DNA of 64,000 nt, from assembly GCF_032444005.1 (NCBI RefSeq), contig NC_091289.1, positions 7,192,001 to 7,256,000 of the forward strand. Reading direction: 5' to 3'. This DNA is from Ranitomeya imitator. Taxonomy: Eukaryota. A program made the position numbers and the translations under genes. Under the pieces are notes generated by a model that worked only from the letters and a program-made list of their open reading frames with translations, had not been told where the DNA came from and searched no databases. Position 1 is the first letter of the stretch; each line of letters begins with the position of its first letter. Of this stretch, positions 14,316 to 24,884 are shown piece by piece.

Positions 14316-15251
14316 GGCCGGTTTCACACGTCCAGATAATTCCAGTACTGGAAAAAATCGGTACCGGAATTATCCGTGTCCGTGTGCCCCTACGTTTCTG
14401 TGGCACATGTGTGCCGCCCGTGTGCCCACTGGGTACCACACGCACCGTGCTGGGCACCACACGTACCAGCATCTGGTACTGAAGCCGCGATTCATATCTT
14501 CCCTGCAGCAGCGTTTGCTGTAGAGAAGATATGAATAATAGTGTTTAAAATAAAGATCTATGCGCCCCCCCCCCCTCCCCCGAAAATACTCACCCGGCTC
14601 GCTCCCTCGCTGTCGCTGCTTCCTGTCCTGGCCGCATCTTCTCCTGTATGCGGTCACGTGGCGCCGCTCATTTACAGTAATGAATATGCGGCTCCACCCC
14701 TATGGGAGATGGAGCCGCATATTCATGACTGTAATCGGCGACACCACGTGATCGCTGATACAGTAGAAGATGCGGCCAGGACAGGAAGCAGCGACAGCGA
14801 GGGAGCGAGCCGGGTGAGTATTTTCAGAACAGCGGGGGGGGGCGCACAGGGGGTGGGAGGGCGGGGGGCACATAGATATTTATTTTAAACACAATTATTC
14901 ATATCTTCTCTGCAGCAAACGCTGCTGCAGGGAAGATATGAATCGCGGCTTCAGCACCAGTGGGGGGGACAGCGCTTAATGTAGCGCTGTCTCCTGCACG
15001 GCACACAGACAACGTCCGTGTGTGGTACGTGTTTTACACGGACCCATTGACTTTAATGGGTCCATGTAATCCGTGTGCTCCCACGAACACTGACATGTCT
15101 CTGTGTTTGGCACACGGAGACACGGTCTGCAAAAAATCACTGACATCTGAACAGATGCAGTGATTTTTATGTGTCTACGTGTGTCAGTGTCTCCGGTACG
15201 TGAGGAAACTGTCACCTCACGTACCGGAGCTACTGACGTGTGAAACCGGCC
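14316..15251. mobile_element. PIF/Harbinger-type MITE inserted upstream of the Tc1 transposase
   Basis: TIR ggccggtttcacacg / cgtgtgaaaccggcc; TAA TSD at 14313-15 and 15252-54; long internal palindrome at about 14478-14955. Confidence 0.9.
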
Positions 15252-15308
15252 TAAAGCGGAGTGATCACACCTTGGAGAGCTACTGCACCAAGTGGACTGA
15301 CATGAATC

Positions 15309-16019
15309 ATGGCTCCAACACGAGGGATGTCAGTTGAAACAAAGGAGATGATTATCAAACTCTAAAAAGAGGGTAAATCATCACGCAATGTTGCAAAAGA
15401 TGTTGGTTGCTCACAGTCAGCTGTGTCTAAAATCTGGACCAAATACAAACAACATGGGAAGGTTGTTAAAGGCAAACATACTGGTCGACCAAGGAAGACA
15501 TCAAAGTGTCAAGACCGGAAACTTAAAGCAATATGTCTCCAAAACAGGAAATGCAGAACAAAACAAATGAGGAACGAATGGGAGGAAACTGGAGTCAACG
15601 TTTGTGACCGAACTGTAAGAAACAGACTAAAGGAAATGGGATTTACATACAGAAAAGCTAAACGACAGCCATCATTAACCCCTAAACAGAAAAAAACAAG
15701 GTTACAATGGGCTAAGGAAAAGCAATCGTGGACTGTGGATGACTGGATGAAAGTCATATTCAGTGATGAATCGCGAATCTGCATTGGGCAAGGTGATGAT
15801 GATGGAACTTCTGTTTGGTTCCGTCCCTATGAGATTTATAATGATGACTGCCTGAAGAGAACATGCAAATTTCCAGAGTCATTGATGATATGGGACTGCA
15901 TGTCAGGTAAAGGCACTGGGGAGACGGCTGTCATTACATCTTCAATAAATGCACAAGTTTATGTTGATATTTTAGACACTTTTCTTATCCCATCAATTGA
16001 AAGGATGTTTGGGGGATGA
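15309..16019 (+). pseudogene. Tc1 transposase pseudogene, N-terminal part (paired-like HTH, GRPR motif, first catalytic D in FSDESR)
   Basis: MAPTRGMSVETKEMIIKL*KEGKSSRNVAK...GRPRKT...VIFSDESR. Premature TAA at 15363-65, one extra G at 16011-15, then the TTAA insertion. Confidence 0.93.
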
Positions 16020-16659
16020 TTAACCCCTTAGTGACAGAGCCAATTTGGTACTTAATGACCAGGCCAATTTTTGCAATTCTGACCACTGTCACTTTATGAG
16101 GTTATAACTCTGGAACGCTTCAACGGATCCCGCTGATTCTGAGATTGTTTTTTCGTGACATATTGTACTTCATGTTAGTGGTAACATTTCTTCGATATTA
16201 CTTGCGATTATTTATGAAAAAAACGGAAATATGGCGAAAATTTTTAAAATTTTGCAGTTTTCAAACTTTGTATTTTTATGCCCTTAAATCAGAGAGATAT
16301 GTCATAAAAAATAGTTAATAAATAACATTTCCCACATGTCTACTTTACATCAGCACAATTTTGGAAACAAAATTTTTTTTTGTTAGGGAGTTATAAGGGT
16401 TAAAAGTTGACCAGCAATTTCTCATTTTTACAACACTATTTTTTTTTAGGGACCACATCACATTTGAAGTCATTTTGAGGGGTCTATATGATAGAAAATA
16501 ATGAAGTGTGACACCATTCTAAAAACTACACCCATCAAGGTTCTCAAAACCACATTCAAGAAGTTTATTAACCCTTTACGTGCTTCACAGGAACTGAAAC
16601 AATGTGGAAGGAAAAAATGAACATTTAACTTTTTTTTGCAAACATCTTAATTCAGAACC

Positions 16660-18445
16660 ATTTTTTTTATTTTCACAAGTGTAAAAACAGAAATGTAACC
16701 ATAAATTTTGTTATGCAATTTCTCCTGAATACGCCAATACCCCATATGTGGGGGTAAACCACTGTTAGGGCGCACCGCAGAACTTAGAAGTGAAGGAGCG
16801 CCGTTTGACTTTTTCAATGCAGAATTGGCTGGAATTGAGATCGGACGCCATGTCACGTTTAGAGAGCCCCTGATGTGCCTAAACAGTGGAAACTCCCCAG
16901 AAGTGACACCATTTTGGAAACTAGACCCCTTAAGGAACTTATCTAGATGTGTGGTGAGCACTTTGAACCCCCAAGTGCTTCACAGAAGTTTATAACGTAG
17001 AGCCGTGAAAATAAAAAATCGCTTTTGTTTACACAAAAATGATCTTTTTGCCCACAAATTCTTATTTTCACAAGGGTAACAGGAGAAATTAGACCACAAA
17101 AGTTGTTGTGCAATTTCTCCTGAGTACGCTGATACCCAATATGTGGGGGTAAACCACTGTTAGGGCGCACCGCAGAGCTTGGAAGTGAAGGAGCGCCGTT
17201 TTACTTTTTCAATGTAGAATTGGCTGGAATTGAGATTGGACGCCATGTCGCGTTTGGAGAGCCCCTGATGTGCCTAAACAGTGGAAACCCCCCACAAGTG
17301 ACACCATTTTGGAAACTAGACCCCTTAAGGAACTTATCTAGATGTGTGGCGAGCACTTTGAACCCCCATGTGCTTCACAGAAGTTTATAATGCAGAGCCG
17401 TGAAAATAAAAAATATTTTTTTTTTCCACAAAAAAGATTTTTTAGCCACCAAATTTTTATTTTCACAAGGGTAACAAGAGAAACTGGACCCCAAAAGTTG
17501 TTGTCCAATTTGTCCTGAGTATGCTGGTACCCCATATGTGGGGGTAAACCACTGTTTGGGCGCACGGCAGAGCTCGGAAGGAAGGAGCGCCGTTTTGGAA
17601 TGCAGACTTTGATAGAATGGTCTGCGGGTATTATGTTGCATTTGCAGAGCCCCTGATGTACCTAACCAGTAGAAACCCTCCACAAGTGACCCCATTTTGG
17701 AAACTAGACCCCCCAAGGAACTTATCTAGATGTGTGGTGAGAACTTTGAATGCCCAAGTGCTTCACAGATGTTTAGAATGCAGAGTCGTGAAAATAAAAA
17801 ATATTTTTTTTTCCACAAAAAAGATATTGTAGCCCCCAAGTTTTTATTTTCACAAGGGTAACAGGAGAAATTGGACTGCAATAGTTGTTGTCCAATTTAT
17901 CCCGAGTACGCTGATGCGCCATATGTGGCGGTAAACCACTGTTTGGGCGCACGGCAGAGCTCGGAAGGGAAGGAGCGCCTTTTTGGAATGCAGACTTTGA
18001 TAGAATGGTCTGTGGGCATTATGTTGCGATTGCAGAGCCCCTGATGTACCTAAACTGTAGTAACCCCCCACAAGTGACCCCATTTTGGAAACTAGACCCC
18101 CCAAGGAACTTATCTAGATGTGTGGTGAGAACTTTGAATGCCCAAGTGCTTCACAGAAGTTTAGAATGCAGAGTCGTGAAAATAAAAAATATTTTTTTTT
18201 CACAAAAAAGATTTTGTAGCCCCCAAGTTTTTATTTTCACAAGGGTAACAAGAGAAATTGGACCCCAGAAGTTGTTGTCCAATTTATCCCGAGTACGCTG
18301 ATGCCCCATATGTGGGGGTAACCCACTGTTTGGGCGCACGGCAGAGCTCAGAAGGGAGGGAGCACCATTTGACTTTTTGAGCGCAAAATTGGCTGTCGTG
18401 TTTGGAGACCCCCTGATGTACCTAAACAGTGGAAACCCCCCAATT
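16660..18445. repeat. About 390-bp tandem repeat, 4-5 copies, inside the piggyBac-like element
   Basis: Landmark tttcacaag..gtaa recurs near 16671, 17066, 17460, 17848 and 18236; ggaaactagacccc..aaggaacttatctagatgtgtgg recurs with the same spacing. Confidence 0.9.
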
Positions 18446-19425
18446 CTAGCTCCAACCCTAACCCCAACACACCCCTAACCCTAATCCCAACCTCATCCAT
18501 AATCCTAATCACTAACCCTAACCATAATCACAACCCTTACCCCAAGTCAACCCTAACCATAACCCTAATCAAAACCCTAAATCCAACACACCCCTAATCC
18601 TAATCTCAACCCTAACCTCAAACCTAACCCTAATCCCAATACACCCCTAATCACAACCCTAACCTTAACCCTAATCCCAAACCTAACCCTAATCCCAAGC
18701 GTAACCCTAATGCCAACCCTAACCCTAATACGAACCCTAATCCAAACCCTAACCCTAATCCCAGCTCTAACCCTAACTTTAGCCCCAACCCTAACCCTAG
18801 CCCTAGGGCTACTTTCACACTTGCGTCGTTTGGCATTCCGTCGCAATCCGTCGTTTTGGACAAGAAACGGATCCTGCAAATGTGCCCGCAGGATGCGTTT
18901 TTTGCCCATAGACTTGTATTGCCGACGGATCGTGACGGATGGCCACACGTCGCGTCCGTCGTGCACTGGATCAGTTGTGTTTTGGCGGAGCGTCGGCACA
19001 AAAAACGTTCAATGAAACGTTTCTTTGTACGTCGCATCCGCCATTTCTGACCGCGCATGCGTGGCCGTAACTCCGCCCCCTCCTCCCCAGGACATAGATT
19101 GGGCAGCGGATGTGTTGAAAAACTACAGCTGCTGCCCACGTTGTGCACAATTTTCACAACGTGCGTCGGTATGTCGGGCCGACGCATTGCGACGGCCCCG
19201 TACCGACGTAAGTGTGAAAGAAGCCTAACCCTAAGTTTAGCCCCAACCCTAACCCTAAATTTAGCCCCAACCCTAGCCCTAACCCTAACCTAACCCTACC
19301 CCTAACCTAACCCTACCCCTAACCTAACCCTACCCCTAACCTAACCCTACCCCTAACCCTACCCCTAACCTAACCCTACCCCTAACCCTACCCCTAACCT
19401 AACCCTACCCCTAATTTTAGCCCCA
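18446..19425. repeat. Degenerate telomere-like (CCCTAA)n tract split by a MITE
   Basis: ccctaa/cctaaccc variants at 18446-18806 and 19226-19425. Confidence 0.9.
18807..19225. mobile_element. Harbinger-type MITE inserted in the CCCTAA tract
   Basis: TIR ggctactttcacacttgcgtcg / cgacgtaagtgtgaaagaagcc; flanks tag / taa (imperfect TSD). Confidence 0.8.
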
Positions 19426-19439
19426 ACTGCTGTTCTCCT

Positions 19440-20070
19440 GCCGGCCGGCAGATGGAGACAGATGGCGGGCGCACTGGGCATGCGTCCGCCATGTTCTGCT
19501 GCCGGCGGCCAGGAGGAGCAGCAAGAGGATCCAGGGACCTAGGTGAGTATGCTAGGGTCCCCGAATCCCCCTATTTCTCTGTCCTCTGATGTGCGATCAC
19601 ATCAGAGGACAGAGAATTACACTTTACTTTTTTTTTTTTTGCGGTCGCCGGTAAACAGTTAATTACCGGCGATCGCAAAACAGGGGTCGGTAATACCGAC
19701 CCCGATCGTGCTCTTTGGGGTCTCGGCTACCCCCGGCAGCCGAGACCCCAAAGATTCTCCCGGTGCCGGCCGGCGGGCGCACTGCGCATGCGCCCGCCAT
19801 TTTGAAGATGGTGGCGCCCACCGGGAGACATGAGGAGCATCGGGGGAGCTAGGTGAGTATTGGGGGGCCACCTGGGACCCCTTTTCTCTGTCCTCCGATG
19901 TGCGATCACATCGGAGGACAGAGAAATTAAAAAGAGATCGCTTTTTTTTTTTTTTTGCGATCGCCGGTAAACGGTTAATTACCGGCGATCGCAAATGCGG
20001 GGTGGGTTAAAAACCCCCCGAATCATGTTCTCTGGGGTCTCGGCTACCCTCGGCAGCCGAGACCCCGGAG
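19440..20070. repeat. Diverged tandem duplication of about 305 bp containing several hairpins
   Basis: ctctgtcctc(t/c)gatgtgcgatcacatc(a/g)gaggacagag, gccggtaaac.gttaattaccggcgatcgc and gggtctcggctacc..cggcagccgagacccc each occur twice. Confidence 0.8.
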
Positions 20071-20192
20071 AAAATCGGCCTCTGGGGGGCGCTATGGACT
20101 TTTTCCACAGCGCCGTTAATTAACGGCGCTGTGGTTTAAGTACCCTTAGCGGCCGCCGTTAAAAGGCGTATCGGCGGTCGCTAAGGGGTTAA

Positions 20193-20501
20193 ATCATTTT
20201 TCAAGATGATAATGCATCCTGCCATAGAGCAAAAATTGTGCAAACATTCCTGGAAAAAAGACACATAAGGTCAATGTCATGGGCTGCAAATAGTCCGGAT
20301 CTCAATCTGATTGAAAATCTTTGGTGGAAGTTGAAGAAAATGTTCGATGACAAGAAACCAACCTGCAAAGCTGATCTGGGGACAGCAATCAGAGAAAGAT
20401 GGAGGCAGAGTGATGAAGAGTCCTGTGTGACCCTCAGTAAGTCCAGGCCTCAGAGACCGCAAGCTGTTAGAAAAGCCAGAGGTGGTGCAACAAAATACTA
20501 G
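20193..20501 (+). pseudogene. Tc1 transposase pseudogene, C-terminal part (DD34E)
   Basis: IIFQDDNASCHRAKIVQTFLEKRHIRSMSWAANSPDLNLIENLWWKLKK...KARGGATKY*; 34 residues between D and E. Confidence 0.93.
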
Positions 20502-20837
20502 TGATGTGTTGGAGGCTTTGTTTGTTTGTTTGTTTGTTTTTCATGATTCCATAATTTTTTCCTCCAGAATTGAGTGACTCCATAATTTTTTCCCCATGGT
20601 TGCTTAAAAAAAGTAACCATTACTGACTACCACATTTTTTGTTCTTGATTTCTTTTAGTGTTTCTTAAAGCCAGAAAGTTGCAATTTGAAATGACTTTAG
20701 TTTTGTAGAGGAAAAGCAGATCGCAGGCATGGCACAAACTAAACAACTGAATGAACATCCTCCAAGGCCGGTGATTCCATAGTTTTTGCCAGGGGTTGTA
20801 TATCCTATAATGTAACATCAGTTTATAAGAGCAGAGT

Positions 20838-21070
20838 AATAATAATCTTTATTTATATAGCGCCAACATATTCCGCAGCACTTTACAGTTTAACAGCTTC
20901 AAACACAACAGTCATAGGTAACAACGTTAACAATACAATAATTAAAGCCCAATAAGCCGCCCCTGCTCGTGAGAGCTTACAATCTACAATGAGGTGGGGG
21001 AGATACAAAGTACAGGTGTGTATCTACAATGATGTATTTACAATGAGGGTCCGGCCATCTTCAGGGGGTG
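20838..21070 (-). mobile_element. L2-type LINE 3' end
   Basis: aataataatctttatttatatagcgccaacatattccgc; shares ccctgc.cg.gag.gct.acaatctaca with the element at 695-970. Confidence 0.65.
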
Positions 21071-21696
21071 GGGGGTAGATAGAAGTAGTGAATGGGCTAC
21101 ACACAGACAGAGTACCCCTTTAAGCATTATTTAAAGACTGGAAAATCCCTTTAACAAAGTGTAATATTGACATTGTGAAAAGCGAAACAATCTGTTACAA
21201 TGTATCAGAGGAGGAATTGTACAGTTACCATGGAGACCGAAGCTGCAAAGCACAAATGCTGCAATCACAAGTCACAGCACGGTCCACACTGAGCTTTGCT
21301 GCCATCTTCTGGCAACTCTGTAGTATTACAGCGGAATTTCCTAAATGTTCTTTCTTCACTTACATCACGGGGTTTTATTTATATCAGTTTTTAATATTTC
21401 TAATGTGACCGTCCCAGAGACAAAGAAGCATTACCTCATTTCTGTGTCACCTGTGCAATCTGTCATTTCATTATTACGTAAAACTTTTAAGGGCGACAAA
21501 CCTAGACGCTTATTACAGAGGAAAAGTTAGAGATCAGCCATTCTGTAAGGATGTGAATGTATCTGGAGGATCTAGGAACAGATGACAAAGTAGTGATTAT
21601 GGGGGAGGTTTCTGCACTCAGCCTGGACAAAGGCCGCAATGGCTGATAACAGAGAGCGATATGGTATTTACCAGGGACAGGAATGCGGATCCTTTA

Positions 21697-22675
21697 GGGT
21701 ATGTTCACACGTTCCTGATTTCCATCCTTTTTTTTTTCAGGACTGTTTTTTAAAAAACTGCAGCTCTTGGCAGAAAACGCAGGTCCTTTTTTTGGTCCTT
21801 TTTTGATGCGTTTTTTGATCCTTTTTTTTATGCAGTTTTCTATGCAGAGTCTGTGTGTTTTCTAGGAAGTTTTTTAGGGTTAAAATGGCTGAAAATACCC
21901 TACCCCTACCCCTAACCCTATTCTAACCTTAGTGGAAAAAAAAAAAAAATTCTTAATTTTTTTTTATTGTCCCTATCTATGGGGGTGACAAAGGGGGGGC
22001 GGGGGTGTCATTTACTATTTTTTTTTATTTTGATCACTGAGATAGATTATATCTCAGTGATCAAAATGCACTTTGGAACGAATCTGCCGGCCGGCAGATT
22101 CGGCGGGCGCACTGCGCATGCGCCCGCCATTTTGCAAGATGGCGGCGCCCAGGGAGAAGACGGACGGACGGACACCGGGACGCCGGGTAAGTATAAGGGG
22201 GGGAGATTAGGGCACGGGGGGGCATCGGAGCACTGGGGGGGGGGGCATCGGAGCATGGGGCGGTGGGATTGGAGCACGGGGGGGCGGGATCGGAGCACGG
22301 GGGGGCAGCCACACTCCGCCCACGCACTTCCGCCCGCTTCCCCGCACTTCCTGCTGCAGCGGTTCTGCACCACAAACCGCAGTAAAACCCGCAGATATTT
22401 TTTTCATCTGCGGGTTTTACTGCGGGTTTGACCTCACAATGGAGGTCTATGGGTGCAGAACCGCTGCGGCTCCGAAAAAAGAAGTGACATGGTACTTCTT
22501 TTTTCCCGCAGCTATTCAGCGCGGCTTTTTTTTTGATTTTCCGCATTGTGGGCACAGCAGTTCCTGTTTTCAATAGGGTACAATGTAATGTACCCTGCAT
22601 GGAAAACAGCTGCGGACCCGCAGCGGGAAAATCGCGGCAATTCCGCATGAAAAAAAGGATCGTGTTAACATTGCC
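21697..22675. mobile_element. Harbinger-type MITE with a captured internal segment
   Basis: TIR gggtatgttcacacgttcc / ggatcgtgttaacattgcc; TTA TSD at 21694-96 and 22676-78. Confidence 0.85.
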
Positions 22676-23224
22676 TTATACTTTTTCTTATCTTTCTGCG
22701 ACCATAGACAAGCTGCTGTTGACGGATCTCCTATTCGGTGTCTGATCGTTATAAGACACATGCTGCCCGCGCGGAGGAGTCCGATCGGCTCATGAGTTAC
22801 CGGAGCATATGATGCACATGTGCATAGGTGGATCTGCCGCGCTCGCCTGCTTACTGACAGTTTCTATGGAGCAAAATATTTTTGATAACGAGTCAAAACC
22901 AGGAAAATACGTAATGAAGATGTCAGTGAGGAGGTGGCGGGAGCCGCCATTACGAGAGATAAAGGCTATAATCAGATTTTTGTCTTATTCCTTCTATTTT
23001 CAGGTGTTTTCCGCGCTTTGGACTCGGATGAGGAATATTCCACATTATGGAGGATGATGATGATGATGATACGGCGCAGTCGTTGCTCCGAGGTCTCGGA
23101 CTTGCGGGAAACAGAGGAAGCTCGGAAAGAATAGTAACAACTCCGCAGAAAAGCCACAGAGAAGACAAAAAAGGGAGAGAAGGAAGGAAGACATCGCCCT
23201 AAACGAGGCTGCAGGAAGACACAA

Positions 23225-23910
23225 GCCGCCGCCGCGGCACAGACTCTGCGGCACAGACACCGAAGCACAGACACACGCCGCGGCACAGGCTGCGCGGCAC
23301 AGACACCGCGGCACAGGCAACCGCAGCACAGACACCGCAGCACAGACACCGCAGCACAGGCTCCGCAACACAGACTCCGCGGCACAGACACCGCGGCACA
23401 GGCTCCGCAACACAGACTCCGCAGCACAGACACCGAAGCACAGGCTCCGCGGCACAGACACCGCAGCACAGACACTGCAGCACAGACACCGCGGCACAGG
23501 CTCCGCGGCACAGACACCGCAGCACAGGCTCCCCAGCACAGACACCGCGGCACAGACAACCGCAGCACAGACAACCCGGCACAGACACCGCAGCACAGAC
23601 ACCGCAGCACAGGCTCCGCGGCACAGACACCGCAGCACAGGCTCCGCAACACAGGCTCCGCAGAACAGGCTCCGCGGCACAGACACCGCAGCACAGACTC
23701 CGCGGCACAGGCTCCGCAGCACAGACTCCGCGGCACAGACACCGCGGCACAGGCTCCGCGGCACAGGCTCCGCGGCACAGACTCTGCAGCACAGACTCCG
23801 CAGCACAGGCTCCGTGGCACAGACTCTGCGGCACAGACTCCGCAGCACACACACCGCAGCACAGGCTCCGCGGCACAGGCTCCGCAGCACAGACTCCGCA
23901 GCACACACAC
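23225..23910. repeat. About 14-bp GC-rich minisatellite (gcacagacaccgcg / gcacaggctccgc variants)
   Basis: Direct reading; source of the Cys/Arg-rich pseudo-ORFs. Confidence 0.92.
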
Positions 23911-24559
23911 CATGTCCACCATTGTCGGGGTGTCACTCGTTAGTGTTCGCTACCATTTCTTTACTGTTTTAGCGGCAGATTTCTCAATATGTCGCCCACA
24001 CGTCCAAACAAAACTAACGCCCCTGATTATCTTCACAGCTGTTCTGTGTTTTTCGTCAGATCCATAAACTATCACAGACATTTCAGAAAAAATGACGCCT
24101 TTTTATCCTATGTGTCACTCAGGGGCGCCACTATAGAGGGGAGCGGCCTCACAAGACCCCACTGAGAATGAGGAGACGAACCTGCCGCCCACTGCAGAAA
24201 GCTGCAGCCGGCAGGATCACTGGGGGTCCCGAAGCCCGTACCACCCATCATAAAGTGATCCCTGCCCCACCATCGCCTTATACAGGCGAAATACCCCTTT
24301 AATTCTTAGGCCTAGCACCCTGTCCTCCTGAAATCCTCTGCTCTGCTGTCACCATTCTCTAAGTATGACCTAATCTTCAGTCTGGGCGCTCAGCTCGCTC
24401 CTACTGAAATCCTCTGTGCTGCATCGCTTTGTAGCGGTCTGTTCTGTGTAGAGACTTTGCATTACTTTATTTCCAGGACCATTTATGTAACAAGAGGTAA
24501 AGTCAATGTCCCCTGTTGATGCCAAGATGCTGGGACTTGTGGTCCCTCGCACTGGCAGA

Positions 24560-24880
24560 TAACTGCCCTGTAATTCCGCTCCCTGCCAGCAGATGGCGAC
24601 AGAGACCAGCACGAGCCGGAAGCTGCAAGTCTCCGCCCGGAGGAGGTCGGTCCCGGCCGTGGGAGGAGCGATGGAGGCGCGGGACGTGTGCGGGGGGCAG
24701 GAGGCGCTGCCGGTGCCGGTGTGCGGGGGGCAGGAGGCGCTGCTGCCGAGCTTCCAGGTGAGAGGGAGCAGGCTGCACCTAAAGCACAGCATGCCGGGAA
24801 CTATGGGTCACGTGTGCAAGCACTACATGAAAGCCAATCACAGCTGAGAACACAGTGACGTCACAACTATTACAAGGCCT
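24560..24880 (+). promoter_or_regulatory. CpG-rich SETMAR promoter/first-exon region
   Basis: CTCF-like CCAGCAGATGGCGAC at 24586-24600, ETS-like CCGGAAG near 24615, GTGACGTCAC near 24855; high CpG density. Confidence 0.6.
24671..24757 (+). CDS. SETMAR: SETMAR (SET-only) coding exon 1
   Basis: MEARDVCGGQEALPVPVCGGQEALLPSFQ resembles the vertebrate SETMAR N-terminus (D-V-x-C-G-Q-E-x-L-P...P-F-Q). Strong Kozak gcgATGG; donor CAG|GTGAGA, phase 0. An in-frame upstream ATG at 24593 is also possible. Confidence 0.85.
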
Positions 24881-24884
24881 CACT

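Larger units (their letters stand above)
16024..20188. mobile_element. Non-autonomous piggyBac-like (TTAA) element, 4165 bp
   Basis: TTAA TSDs at 16020-23 and 20189-92; termini ccccttagtgac / gtcgctaagggg; no transposase ORF inside. Confidence 0.85.
13992..20798 (+). mobile_element. Tc1-family (IR/DR) DNA transposon, inactive, carrying two nested insertions; about 1.7 kb once these are removed
   Basis: TA TSDs at 13990-91 and 20799-800. About 250-bp TIRs (caacccctagcaaaaattatggaatcaccggccttggag / ctccaaggccggtgattccatagtttttgccaggggttg) with the internal direct repeat aaaaattatgga. Confidence 0.95.

Noticed and set aside
18446-19425. True telomere or chromosome fusion site
   Set aside because: The tract is degenerate, single-orientation and enclosed within a TTAA-bounded transposon.
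24593-24670. Upstream in-frame ATG as the SETMAR start
   Set aside because: It lies inside a CTCF-like motif and the 26-aa extension shows no recognisable similarity. ATG 24671 has the better context. Not fully excluded.
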